A DNA stretch of 64,000 nucleotides. Source: Bacteroidales bacterium (GTDB lineage Bacteria; Bacteroidota; Bacteroidia; Bacteroidales; TTA-H9). A program made the translations under genes and the position numbers. Position 1 is the stretch's first letter, and the number at the start of each line of letters is the position of its first letter. This document shows, one piece after another, positions 47,330-56,848 of the stretch. The DNA lies in contig JBMFOU010000005.1 in NCBI GenBank assembly GCA_049969475.1, positions 2,034-66,033 of the forward strand, given 5' to 3'. The notes beneath the pieces were generated by a model that was given only the letters and a program-made list of their open reading frames with translations, ran no database searches and was not told the origin of the DNA.

Positions 47330-48160
47330 ATGAGTAATGGATATTACCGGCCTTCCGGTTTCGGGGGACTTACCCCGGTAGTTAAGAATTTATTGATAAT
47401 CAATGCTCTATTTTTCTTAGGGACCTTTTCTTTATTATCCTTCAGCCGGGGCCAGATTGACCTCACCGAATGGCTTGCCCTGTATTATCCGGCTTCTGAT
47501 AAGTTTAGAACCTGGCAGATTGTAACCTACATGTTCATGCATGCCAACTTCGCCCATATCTTTTTCAATATGTTTGCCCTGTGGATGTTTGGCAATATTT
47601 TGGAACAGGTATGGGGGCCCAAAAGATTCTTAACTTATTATTTGGTAACCGGCATAGGGGCAGCTATCGTTCATATACTGGTGATGTATTACCAATTTTG
47701 GACTCTTGACGCCGAAGTCAGCCGTTTTATCTCCCATCCCAATCCGGTTGATTTTGAAATGCTCATAGAAAAGTATTTTGCAGGGATGTACAATCCGCTG
47801 TGGTTACAGGAAATGGTTAATGCATGGAGTTTATCGCCCCATGATGCCGGAATGACGCATGAAGCAATGCAAGCTATTGGGAAACTCATTTCAACCAAAA
47901 TGGACATACCCACAGTGGGTGCCAGTGGTGCTGTATTCGGTATTTTGCTGGCCTACGGTATGTTGTTTCCTAACACACTGCTCTACATTTATTTCCTTTT
48001 CCCCATAAAAGCTAAATGGTTTGTAATCATCTATGGAGCCCTTGAATTTTATTTTGGCATCAGCGGACATGGAGATAACGTGGCTCATTTTGCCCACTTA
48101 GGCGGAATGATTTTTGGCTATTTCATGATTCGACGGTGGAGAAGACACATGTATTATTAA
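47330..48160 (+). CDS. rhomboid-family intramembrane serine protease
   Basis: 276 aa. HANFAHIFFNM (TM2), GASGAVFG (catalytic Ser), AHFAHLGG (catalytic His). Confidence 0.9.
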   Translation: MSNGYYRPSGFGGLTPVVKNLLIINALFFLGTFSLLSFSRGQIDLTEWLALYYPASDKFRTWQIVTYMFMHANFAHIFFNMFALWMFGNILEQVWGPKRFLTYYLVTGIGAAIVHILVMYYQFWTLDAEVSRFISHPNPVDFEMLIEKYFAGMYNPLWLQEMVNAWSLSPHDAGMTHEAMQAIGKLISTKMDIPTVGASGAVFGILLAYGMLFPNTLLYIYFLFPIKAKWFVIIYGALEFYFGISGHGDNVAHFAHLGGMIFGYFMIRRWRRHMYY

Positions 48161-48174
48161 ATGTAGTTCAAATT

Positions 48175-49068
48175 ATGTACGGAAGTTTCAACGAAAATAC
48201 CCCCTGGCAACAGTTTAAAGCATTTATTAGAAGAAGGGAAATCTTACCCCGACTTATCCTTATCAATGTCGCAATTTGGATTATTATTAGCTTTCTCAGG
48301 GTTCTGGGATTGCTATCAGGAAAAGCTTTCCCCCACTGGACAGGGTTTTTCCTCGATTGGCTCGGAGCTCCAGCCAATCCTATGCTTATTCCTTCCCGTT
48401 TCTGGACCCTTATCACCTATAATTTTGTTCATTTCGATTTTATTCACCTGCTTTTCAATTTATTGTGGCTCTACTGGATGGGGCTGCTTTTTACCGAATA
48501 CCTATCAGGCCGCCGATTACTTTGGGTGTATTTGCTTGGCGGTATCAGTGGCTATCTTGTTTACTTGCTCGCATTCAACATTTTTCCCGGATTACTACCC
48601 ATGGCCGGAAGCGCCCGTCTCATTGGAGCCTCGGCGGCGGTAATGGCAGTGGTCAGCGCACTGGCCTTCTATCTTCCCAACTATACTATTTACCTGCTTT
48701 TCCTGGGTCGAATCCGACTCATTTGGCTGGCTATCGGCCTCTTCGTGCTTGATTTTCTTATGATTAGTTCGAGTAATCCGGGTGGGCATCTGGCACATAT
48801 GGGGGGGTTCTTGTTTGGCTACGTTTACATTGTGCTTTTTAAACACAATCTACTCCCCCGTGTTGATCCGGTAGCCTGGTTCAGACCCAAACCCAAAGTA
48901 ACTTATCGGAGCAGCACCATCAAAACCGACGAAAAATATAATGAAGAAAAAAAGCAGCGTCAGGAAGAAATCGACCGAATACTCGATAAAATCAAAGATT
49001 CGGGCTACCAAAGCTTGACGGAACGGGAAAAAGAAATTCTTTTCAGAGCCAGTCAAAGCAACAACTGA
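48175..49068 (+). CDS. second rhomboid-family protein with a charged C-terminal tail
   Basis: The ORF-track start at 48136 is GTG, so I used the ATG at 48175. HFDFIHLLFNL, GASAAV (Ser retained, following Gly changed to Ala), HLAHMGG. Lys/Glu-rich cytoplasmic tail of ~70 aa. Confidence 0.85.
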   Translation: MYGSFNENTPWQQFKAFIRRREILPRLILINVAIWIIISFLRVLGLLSGKAFPHWTGFFLDWLGAPANPMLIPSRFWTLITYNFVHFDFIHLLFNLLWLYWMGLLFTEYLSGRRLLWVYLLGGISGYLVYLLAFNIFPGLLPMAGSARLIGASAAVMAVVSALAFYLPNYTIYLLFLGRIRLIWLAIGLFVLDFLMISSSNPGGHLAHMGGFLFGYVYIVLFKHNLLPRVDPVAWFRPKPKVTYRSSTIKTDEKYNEEKKQRQEEIDRILDKIKDSGYQSLTEREKEILFRASQSNN

Positions 49069-49071
49069 TAT

Positions 49072-50205
49072 ATGGTTGCAAAGCGAAAAAATTCGACCCG
49101 GAGTAAACATAAACCCTCGGCAGGTGGTGCGGTGCTTCGCATTATTTCGATAGTTTTTGTGACCGGGTTTTTCATATCCTTACTCGCTCCTTATGTGCCC
49201 CCTGACCAGTTCTGGGTGCCGGCTTTTGCAGGCCTCGCCTTTCCTGTATTTTTCATCCTCAATGTTTTTTTTCTGCTTTTATGGATTTTCCGTAGGCGAT
49301 GGTTCAGCCTCTTTCATCTGGCACTTTTTCTTTGGTCGTTGCCCATAGCCTCGAGGCATTTGCAACTGAGAAGTGACCAACCCCAGAGCTACGATTTTTA
49401 TACCACTATCATAAGTTATAATGTGAAAACCCTTTTGGGTGAAGATGGAAAATCGAGTCTGCCTCAGCTTCTCGAATTAATAACCCACGAGAAGCCCGAT
49501 ATTCTCTGTTTACAGGAATTTCGCGACAACTGGTGGCAGAAAGACGACAATACGTTAAAAATCATGCAAAGAGGGGGGTTTATCGACAAAAAATTCGAAT
49601 CCTACTACCCTGTAAAATCTGATCGTAAAGTTGTAGGAATAGCCATTTTCAGCAAGTATCCTATTGTGGGTTCTGGTTCCATAAGGGCAGGTCAACGCCT
49701 GATGGCTATATATGCTGATGTAATTTTAAATCATGACACAATACGCATATTCAGCATGCATCTGCAATCCATTGCTTTCCAAAAAGAAGACTATCAGCTG
49801 GTGGAAGGCATTATGGAAACGAGTAAATCCGTAAACGGGGAGTTAGAGACCGGATCGCGGCAGCTTATGTGGAAATTGAGAAAAGCCTTCATTAAAAGAG
49901 CTTACCAGTCGCGTCTACTAAGTGAGGCCATTGCCCAATCGCCTTATCCGGTAGTGGTTTGCGGCGATATGAACGATACACCTTCCTCGTATGCCTACCG
50001 GAAAGTGCGAGGAAATCTGCAGGATGCTTTTCAGCAGGCCGGCCATGGCGTGGGCAACACATACCTGGGTAAGCTTCCCAAAATAAGAATTGACTATATC
50101 TTTTTGGGTCCCCAGTTTAAATGCCTCTATTTCGATGTTCTTCTCTACCATTTCAGTGACCACTATCCGGTTAGCAGTAAGTTTTACCTGAAAAAGTATG
50201 ACTGA
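49072..50205 (+). CDS. membrane-anchored endonuclease/exonuclease/phosphatase family protein
   Basis: 377 aa. About 3 N-terminal TM helices, then EEP motifs (ISYNV, LCLQEF, CGDMNDTP, SDHYPV). Confidence 0.8.
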   Translation: MVAKRKNSTRSKHKPSAGGAVLRIISIVFVTGFFISLLAPYVPPDQFWVPAFAGLAFPVFFILNVFFLLLWIFRRRWFSLFHLALFLWSLPIASRHLQLRSDQPQSYDFYTTIISYNVKTLLGEDGKSSLPQLLELITHEKPDILCLQEFRDNWWQKDDNTLKIMQRGGFIDKKFESYYPVKSDRKVVGIAIFSKYPIVGSGSIRAGQRLMAIYADVILNHDTIRIFSMHLQSIAFQKEDYQLVEGIMETSKSVNGELETGSRQLMWKLRKAFIKRAYQSRLLSEAIAQSPYPVVVCGDMNDTPSSYAYRKVRGNLQDAFQQAGHGVGNTYLGKLPKIRIDYIFLGPQFKCLYFDVLLYHFSDHYPVSSKFYLKKYD

Positions 50206-50987
50206 TGCAGTTCGATGCCAAAAACCCTGAACCTTTCCGGCAATGGTTTGAAGAACAAGTTAAAAGATACAACCAGCCTGCCTTTATCATACACGATCCC
50301 ATAAGCATTCCCCATAGGTTCACTCGTAAAGAAGACATTGAAATTGCAGGATTTTTTGCTGCCTTGCTGGCCTGGGGCAATCGGACGACTATTTTGCGCA
50401 AGGCCTCTGAATTGATGGAGCGGATGGACAACGCCCCGGCTGAGTATGTTTTATCTACTGATGATAGCAAGTATATTAGCCTACAGGGTTTTGTACACCG
50501 CACCTTCAATGCCGACGATATCATTTTTCTTGTAGAGGGACTTCACCGCATTTATCAAAACGAGGGTGGTCTGGAGGCTGTACTAACCCCTAAAACCGAT
50601 GAAGAATCGACATTTTCGGGGATAATCAGGTTTCGTCAGTGGATGTTAAAAGAAGCCTTTTTGCCGCGTCATAAACGTCTAATACCGAATCCTGCACAGG
50701 GTTCGGCGGCCAAACGCCTAAACATGTTTCTTCGGTGGGTGATAAGAAAGGACAGGCAGGGAGTTGACTTTGGCCTTTGGCAGGCTTCTCCTTCCTCTTT
50801 GATGTGTCCCCTTGACGTTCACAGTGGGCGAATGGCCCGGCAATTAGGGCTTCTGCATCGCAAACAAGACGATTGGAAAGCCGTGGAGGAACTCACTGAA
50901 AACCTGCGCCTGCTCGACCCCGATGATCCTGTTAAATACGATTTTGCCCTATTCGGGTTAAGCACAGATTCTTTCTACGATTCTTAG
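50205..50987 (+). CDS. TIGR02757/DUF2400-like protein
   Basis: 260 aa. Blocks I associate with this family (GFFAALLAWGNR, AAKRLNMFLRWVIRKD..GVDFGLW, PLDVHSGRMARQLGLL). The start overlaps the upstream stop (TGATG). Confidence 0.6.
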   Translation: MQFDAKNPEPFRQWFEEQVKRYNQPAFIIHDPISIPHRFTRKEDIEIAGFFAALLAWGNRTTILRKASELMERMDNAPAEYVLSTDDSKYISLQGFVHRTFNADDIIFLVEGLHRIYQNEGGLEAVLTPKTDEESTFSGIIRFRQWMLKEAFLPRHKRLIPNPAQGSAAKRLNMFLRWVIRKDRQGVDFGLWQASPSSLMCPLDVHSGRMARQLGLLHRKQDDWKAVEELTENLRLLDPDDPVKYDFALFGLSTDSFYDS

Positions 50988-51132
50988 TAGAAAACATGTA
51001 AATCTTTAACTCTAATATTGTGAAAGTTTATTCGTAATGCGGACAATCTGTTGCTTACGAATAATCCTCAAAAAGTCACTGTAATTCTTGAAAATAAAGA
51101 TAAATCGTCTAAGGCTTGATAACTAATTATCA

Positions 51133-52941
51133 TCAATTTTTCACCACTAATCGCCCCCGCGAAAAGGGTACTACCCGGGCCGAAACAATGCCATATCTGT
51201 CGCTAATGTATTCGCGATAGGCTTGCGCAATTTCTTCTTTTACAAATCTACCAGCAAAATAATAATAAACTCCCTCATGATATACCTCTGTGATAGGTTC
51301 AGGAGTTTCGAATAGGGCTTGTAACTCATTTGTTTTCAACCTTATGCCTTCACTTTTACGTATCTCAACCCTATATTCTTCCGCACGCTGGGGTCTGGAT
51401 TCAGTCTGCGTTACGAGTTTCTCTCTCCTCGTTGGCTCATTGACTCGCCAATAGGATGGGCCGGTTTCTGCTCCTTTAAATGAACTGATACGTGTGCCAT
51501 TTTGAAAAAACACTACGTACAAATCATTAATTCCTAGTTCATTACTAAGTTTTTCCTTGAATTTATCAGCCTCCTGAGATGTTTTGAAGCTACCGGCAGT
51601 GTATTGGTAAAATCCATCAGAGAAATCTTCGAATATTTTTTCCTTTATGGGATACAATTGGGCTAGTTTATCCATAGGTATGCGGGCAGGGCTGGCAGTA
51701 AGCTGAACCCGAAATTCCACTCCCATCATCCTATCGGCCAGGGGACGTCCTCCGTCCGGAGAATACATCAGGTCCTTTTCCACATAGTACAGCTTTTTAT
51801 CTCCAGTAGTTTCACCGGCTGCATCAATCACCTTATACCCTATATAAAAAGGATGCGACCCTACGGGTGCTTGCCCCGAGAAAACGGTAAGAACCATTTG
51901 AAGGCTGGTATCGCTGGGAGGTAACGTTGTATAGATATTACCCACCAAATCAGCCGACTCAGAGATCAGTCCTGGGGACTTGGGTAATTTCACCGTAAAT
52001 CCCTGGGGTATTACTACATCAATATCGGCAACGCCACTAACTCCATCATTTCTAAGTTTCAACACAATATTGAAACTGTCTACCACCCCAATTTTGGCGG
52101 GGATTTCCACAGCGAGCATGGGTTTTGCTCCATCGCGCAGTTGACGACTCTTACCTTGCTGAAAACTTAAATTTTTGTATTTATAAGAGATTTTATCAGC
52201 TGAGGTCTGATAATTCAGGGGCTCAAAATGTTTGATGCGCCCCAGATTGAATCGGTACGAAAAGCCCAGAGAAGAATAAAGACCCCGGTCTTTTCCGGTA
52301 AAAACATCCGTGGCGTCCAGTTTGTCAGTACCTATAAAATAATAAATAGTTTCGAGGTTAAGGTTGAATCCTCCATAGAAATTCCACATGAAGCCTAAAC
52401 CAGTCGGAAAGATCCATTCGCGAGTATATCCTTTAATTCCTTTACCATATCCATGACCAAAACCTCCAAGCCATTCCTGGGTATTATTATCCCACACATC
52501 GGATTGAAAATCAATTAAACCAGTACCCGTTAAAGCATATAAATCGATCTTACGATGGACATCATAGCCTCTGAACACGGTAGGAATGCTGAAAATACCT
52601 ATAAGTTGATAACTATAAAATTTCGCCTTGCTGTAAGTGAATAAATCCTGTCCCTTGAAGGTTCCACTTATCAGATTTCCACGCAATGATAACCAGGGTA
52701 AAACCTGCTTCCCCATAAAAATGGAAGTGGCAGTCCCCAGGGTTTTGCCATTTCCCCCAAAACCACTAAGCTCACCCAATTGAAGGGTAGAGCCCGCATT
52801 AAGACCGACTGTCCAATTATCCTTAAATTTATAGCTAAAACTCTCCTGAGCTGTTAACTGAATAGCGTGAAAGAGCATCAACAACAGAGGACAAGAGAAA
52901 ATAAATTTCAATATATGATTTTTATGTCTCATTTTCTGCAT
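51133..52941 (-). CDS. outer-membrane beta-barrel protein with an Ig-like middle region and two C-terminal SPOR-like repeats
   Basis: 602 aa. An alternative ATG at 52932 gives an ATGA overlap with the TPR gene. Signal peptide, an N-terminal ~230-aa barrel-like region, and two SPOR-like segments (FRVQLTAS...YQYTAGSFKTSQEADKF and YRVEIRKS...YYYFAGRFVKEEIAQAY). Confidence 0.7.
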   Translation of the reverse strand: MQKMRHKNHILKFIFSCPLLLMLFHAIQLTAQESFSYKFKDNWTVGLNAGSTLQLGELSGFGGNGKTLGTATSIFMGKQVLPWLSLRGNLISGTFKGQDLFTYSKAKFYSYQLIGIFSIPTVFRGYDVHRKIDLYALTGTGLIDFQSDVWDNNTQEWLGGFGHGYGKGIKGYTREWIFPTGLGFMWNFYGGFNLNLETIYYFIGTDKLDATDVFTGKDRGLYSSLGFSYRFNLGRIKHFEPLNYQTSADKISYKYKNLSFQQGKSRQLRDGAKPMLAVEIPAKIGVVDSFNIVLKLRNDGVSGVADIDVVIPQGFTVKLPKSPGLISESADLVGNIYTTLPPSDTSLQMVLTVFSGQAPVGSHPFYIGYKVIDAAGETTGDKKLYYVEKDLMYSPDGGRPLADRMMGVEFRVQLTASPARIPMDKLAQLYPIKEKIFEDFSDGFYQYTAGSFKTSQEADKFKEKLSNELGINDLYVVFFQNGTRISSFKGAETGPSYWRVNEPTRREKLVTQTESRPQRAEEYRVEIRKSEGIRLKTNELQALFETPEPITEVYHEGVYYYFAGRFVKEEIAQAYREYISDRYGIVSARVVPFSRGRLVVKN

Positions 52942-54104
52942 CTTTTTTTCACCATTTGCTCAGCTTCGGGCAGTCCATACACAGCCGCTCTATGCCAATC
53001 GTCGCAGGCTTGATTGCGGTCATCGAGCTCATAATGCGTCAAGCCCCGATTATATACGGCCCTTACCCAATCGTTTATAAATTCATTATCGGCAGGTTTG
53101 GAGTCTACAGCATCATTATATGCCTGTAAAGCTTTCTGATATTGTTTGAGGTGGAAGTAACAGTTTCCAAGATATGCGTGGACTAGAAAAATCCGTTCCA
53201 ATGGCGCCAGTTTTATAGCTTGCTCAAAATCGTTGATGGCAGCATAAAAATTTTTGCGGTTGAAAAATGCAATGCCTCTTCGATAAAACTCCATGAAGGT
53301 TTGTGGATTGGCTATCAGATCCTCATATACCGGCGCCCTCCTTATAAACTGAGTAAATTCAGCATACGGGATTTCATAATAAAATTTACTTAAGAGATTG
53401 GGCAAATATTCAGGTAAAAAATATCGTTGATAAATGCTTTTTTTATTGAAAACTTCTATTAATCGAAACCTAATCACTTTTCCCTGCCGGGAATCGACAG
53501 GCATAATGGCAAGCAAAAGCGTAAATTGCGAAGGATACATAAGCACAGCCTGTCGCTGTATATGATTGGCTATCTTTTGCAAATAAGTTTTTTTGTCATA
53601 GGCTTTGATGTTGCCCATGCAAAATAGATCGAGATTAATTACATAAGTGAGGCCCGCTCTGGCTGTGTCAGGAAGAATCTGACGAAGTTTGGATGCCTTG
53701 AATACATAGTAGACGACGTCTTCCTGCGATTTCCAGCCTTCGCGAAGCGTTTCGAATTCAAAATATCCCCCTTTGCTATATACTATCATAACCATATATT
53801 GCTCGCTCTTAACGAGCACTTCACGTAATTCGATCTTTTGAAAATTATGTTTCCCAAGCTTATTTTCAGGGTCATTGGTACGATTGAAATCAGCATTCTC
53901 GTTGGGTATATAATTTTTTCCGGATATCCATATACCATTGTCCTGTAGGGTCCAGCCCGTTGCTTTCTCCAAAACGGTAAGAGGCTCAGAAATTTCTGGC
54001 AAATTGGCTGTGGTGCGCTCAAGCGACTGGCCATCAAGATTTAAAGTCGCTTTAAGCCATATAAAAAAGATGACAACTGTTAGTCGAAAATAATTTTTAT
54101 TCAT
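52929..54104 (-). CDS. TPR-repeat protein with an N-terminal uncharacterised domain
   Basis: The ORF-track start at 54113 is TTG, so I used the ATG at 54104 (MNKNYFRLTVVIFFIWL). C-terminal TPR units are present (FYAAINDFEQAIKLAP, AYLGNCYFHLKQYQKALQAYNDAV). A minus-strand TATTTTTG box sits at 54111-54118. Confidence 0.8.
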   Translation of the reverse strand: MNKNYFRLTVVIFFIWLKATLNLDGQSLERTTANLPEISEPLTVLEKATGWTLQDNGIWISGKNYIPNENADFNRTNDPENKLGKHNFQKIELREVLVKSEQYMVMIVYSKGGYFEFETLREGWKSQEDVVYYVFKASKLRQILPDTARAGLTYVINLDLFCMGNIKAYDKKTYLQKIANHIQRQAVLMYPSQFTLLLAIMPVDSRQGKVIRFRLIEVFNKKSIYQRYFLPEYLPNLLSKFYYEIPYAEFTQFIRRAPVYEDLIANPQTFMEFYRRGIAFFNRKNFYAAINDFEQAIKLAPLERIFLVHAYLGNCYFHLKQYQKALQAYNDAVDSKPADNEFINDWVRAVYNRGLTHYELDDRNQACDDWHRAAVYGLPEAEQMVKKRCRK

Positions 54105-54476
54105 ACGCTCCAAAAATAAGTCACTCGGAGCTTTTCATTATATATGTGTTATTAATTATCAGCTGATTTGTTGAAAAGAATTCAACCATCTAAAATGAAC
54201 CCAAAAAATAACTTCAGTAGAGATTTCTTAAGAAATTATATTAAAAATTTAAAAAATTGATAATCAATACTATAAAAAAGATAAATAAAAAAAATTGAAA
54301 TAATAATATTTTATCTATACTTTTTGTTATACATATAAAAAGTATTTTCATATATATTAAACTCATTATCTATACAGACAGGCATATAAAATACTGTTAT
54401 CCAGCGACTAAAGAATAATAAAATAAATAAAGTTATTAACAATCGATAAATATAGTTTATTAACATGTATCTATAA

Positions 54477-54854
54477 ATGGAAAGTTATAACTTTGGGCCA
54501 AAAAGAATGAATCGAATAATTCGCTCGAGGTATCTGACGCTGGTAGGTTTTATAACACTTATTATCAGCGTTTTATTCTTTTTAATGCACAATGAGCTAA
54601 AAAATGCCTTTCTTCAAAGGCATATTCTTCACGTGGCAGGCCTTACAATAGCGATAATAGCAATCGGTTGGATGCTATCTATTAAACACAACCGGGACGG
54701 CGGCACTATCGTCCTTTTTGGAAGCTTAATTATGCTGGCAGAGGCTTTCTATTCAAGTATTTCTTTGCCTATGTTGTTTATTGTCAATAACTTGATGTCT
54801 GCCATTGCCGGGCTTGGTTTAGTACTATGGGCAAGAAACAAGCATAGCGATTAA
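54477..54854 (+). CDS. small 4-TM membrane protein, unknown function
   Basis: 125 aa with four hydrophobic segments. It follows the very AT-rich 363-bp spacer. Confidence 0.55.
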   Translation: MESYNFGPKRMNRIIRSRYLTLVGFITLIISVLFFLMHNELKNAFLQRHILHVAGLTIAIIAIGWMLSIKHNRDGGTIVLFGSLIMLAEAFYSSISLPMLFIVNNLMSAIAGLGLVLWARNKHSD

Positions 54855-54966
54855 AAAACGATATTCCATACTTACCCCAATCTGAACAAATTCCGGGGAA
54901 GCTCAGCACCTTAACAATAGATGTAGAGACTCTGATTGTACTAAAATGTGAAAGATCTACAAATTC

Positions 54967-56043
54967 TTACACATTGAACCGAATATGCAGGATATCCCCG
55001 TCCTGCACGATATAGTTTTTCCCTTCTACATAAAACTTTCCGGCTTCGCGACAGGCATGTTCCGAGCCCAGTGTTATAAAATCTTGATATTTAATAACTT
55101 CAGCACGAATAAAACCTCTTTCCAAATCGGAATGGATTACACCTGCAGCCTGGGGTGCTGTAGCTCCGGCCGGAATGGTCCATGCCCTAACCTCTTTTGG
55201 ACCTGCTGTAAAGAAAGTCTGCAAATTAAGCATACGATAGGCTGAACGTATGAGCTTATTCACGCCGGGCTCCTCAAGACCCACATCTGCCAGGAAAGCC
55301 TTTCTGTCTTCCGGATCATCAAGTTCAGCTATTTCAGCCTCGAGTTTTCCGGCAATAATTAACACTTCCGTAGGTGAACCTTTGAAAAGTTCCCTCACTT
55401 TTTCGCTATAAGCGTTACCGTTAACAGCCGCCTCATCATCTACATTGCAAACATACATAACAGGTTTAGCGCTCAGTAGAAAAATATCGGCTATAAAATG
55501 CCGGTCTTCATCTTTAACCGGAGCAGTGCGAGCAGGTTTGAAATCTTCGAGATGCTGTTTATAAACATGCAACACCTCGATACCTCTTTTGGCCTCTTTA
55601 TCTCCGCTTTTGGCCACTTTTTCGAGCCGGGCGATTTTCTTTTCCAGTGACTCGAGGTCACGGGCAATAAGCTCAAGCTCTACTATTTCGATATCACGCA
55701 CTGGATCGATGCTTCCTTCGGGATGCGGAACCGTTGGGTCGTCGAAGCAGCGAAGCACATGGATCAAGGCATCGGTATTACGAATATCGGACAGGAAACG
55801 GCTTCCGGCTGTAGAGCCCTTTACAAGTCCAGGAATATCAACAATTTCTACAGTTGTGGGGACTACCCGGGCCGATTTAACGAGTGCATCAATTTTATAC
55901 AACCTTTCGTCAGGCACACTGATCATGCCCAGGTTACTTTTTCCTCCACCCGGCGTTGTCTGTGCCCGGCTGCTCGACAAACAATTAAAAATAGTGGTTT
56001 TCCCAACCCCGGCTAATCCTACAATGCCACACTGCAGTCCCAT
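54967..56043 (-). CDS. ychF: redox-regulated ATPase YchF
   Basis: The ORF-track start at 56109 is TTG; the ATG at 56043 gives MGLQCGIVGLAGVGKTTIFN, the canonical YchF start. A -7 box lies inside the longer ORF version. C-terminal TGS-like domain (VRAWTIPAGATAPQAAGVIHSD). Confidence 0.93.
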   Translation of the reverse strand: MGLQCGIVGLAGVGKTTIFNCLSSSRAQTTPGGGKSNLGMISVPDERLYKIDALVKSARVVPTTVEIVDIPGLVKGSTAGSRFLSDIRNTDALIHVLRCFDDPTVPHPEGSIDPVRDIEIVELELIARDLESLEKKIARLEKVAKSGDKEAKRGIEVLHVYKQHLEDFKPARTAPVKDEDRHFIADIFLLSAKPVMYVCNVDDEAAVNGNAYSEKVRELFKGSPTEVLIIAGKLEAEIAELDDPEDRKAFLADVGLEEPGVNKLIRSAYRMLNLQTFFTAGPKEVRAWTIPAGATAPQAAGVIHSDLERGFIRAEVIKYQDFITLGSEHACREAGKFYVEGKNYIVQDGDILHIRFNV

Positions 56044-56063
56044 ACGATGTTTAGTTTTACCGG

Positions 56064-56071
56064 CAAAATTA
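56064..56071 (-). promoter_or_regulatory. -7 promoter box (TAATTTTG, minus strand) for ychF
   Basis: Reverse complement of CAAAATTA, 20 nt upstream of ATG 56043. Confidence 0.45.
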
Positions 56072-56126
56072 CAAAAGCCTTCACGACTCACGAAAACAGG
56101 CTTGGCCAATTTACGGGACGATTCAT

Positions 56127-56134
56127 TAACTTTG
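56127..56134 (+). promoter_or_regulatory. -7 promoter box (TAACTTTG)
   Basis: TAnnTTTG match 25 nt upstream of ATG 56160. Confidence 0.45.
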
Positions 56135-56159
56135 CCATCCTATTAAAAAGGATGAAATC

Positions 56160-56840
56160 ATGAAAGCATCCGGTGTATTCACAGTTCTGTTATTACTTTT
56201 AGCTCTCTCGATTTCCACCACTTCTTGCGTTAAAGAAGTGGAGGACAATGCAAAACCTTACATCATTGTTTTGGGAGCCAATCCTACATACGTCCGACTT
56301 AATGGAACATTTCAGGACACGGGTGTAATGGTAACCGACAATTACGGGGTTTTCAAAGTCTGGTCAGATACTTCACAACTCAATCTGAAGCAGGCTGGCC
56401 GATATAAAGTGCTATACTACGCTGAAGATTTTGCCGGAAATGTGGGTACGGCTGAAAGAACGGTGATCGTAAGAATTGAAGGAGCCAACCTCAAGGGCAC
56501 ATGGAATGGAACGCGCACTTTCCCTTATCCCAGCGGGCAGCAAACGTCTTTCAGCGACTCGTTGGTAAAACCCTCAACCCGCAAAATTTATTTTACAAAC
56601 TTCGGAGGCATCTATCCAGCAGAAATCAGAGCCGACATTTTAGGTGCACTGGGTGATACGCTGGCCCTTGCCAAACAAATTTTATACACCCAGGACTCCA
56701 GCACTTTTTACCTATCCGGATTAGGTACCATTGCCCATGATGGTCAATCTTTCACAATCTACTATCACCTTATTCAGATTAATCCCTCGGGCTCCGACAC
56801 CTTAGCCGGAGAAATTAAGTATTTAAAACCCAGCAGATAA
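56160..56840 (+). CDS. lipoprotein with an Ig-like (DUF5011-type) N-terminal domain
   Basis: 226 aa. Lipobox ISTTSC. KPYIIVLGANPTYVRLNGTFQDTGVMVTDNYG resembles DUF5011 Ig-like domains. Confidence 0.65.
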   Translation: MKASGVFTVLLLLLALSISTTSCVKEVEDNAKPYIIVLGANPTYVRLNGTFQDTGVMVTDNYGVFKVWSDTSQLNLKQAGRYKVLYYAEDFAGNVGTAERTVIVRIEGANLKGTWNGTRTFPYPSGQQTSFSDSLVKPSTRKIYFTNFGGIYPAEIRADILGALGDTLALAKQILYTQDSSTFYLSGLGTIAHDGQSFTIYYHLIQINPSGSDTLAGEIKYLKPSR

Positions 56841-56848
56841 ATTATAAG

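Noticed and set aside
51030-51062. Hairpin ATTCGTAA-N17-TTACGAAT between the convergent genes ending at 50987 and 51133.
   Set aside because: It has a large loop and no flanking T-run on either strand. It may act as a bidirectional terminator, but that cannot be supported from sequence alone.
54195-54260. 21-codon ORF (MNPKNNFSRDFLRNYIKNLKN) inside the AT-rich spacer.
   Set aside because: Its Asn/Lys-rich composition is what AT-rich DNA yields by chance. There is no promoter box in register and no hydrophobic or Cys pattern suggesting a functional peptide.
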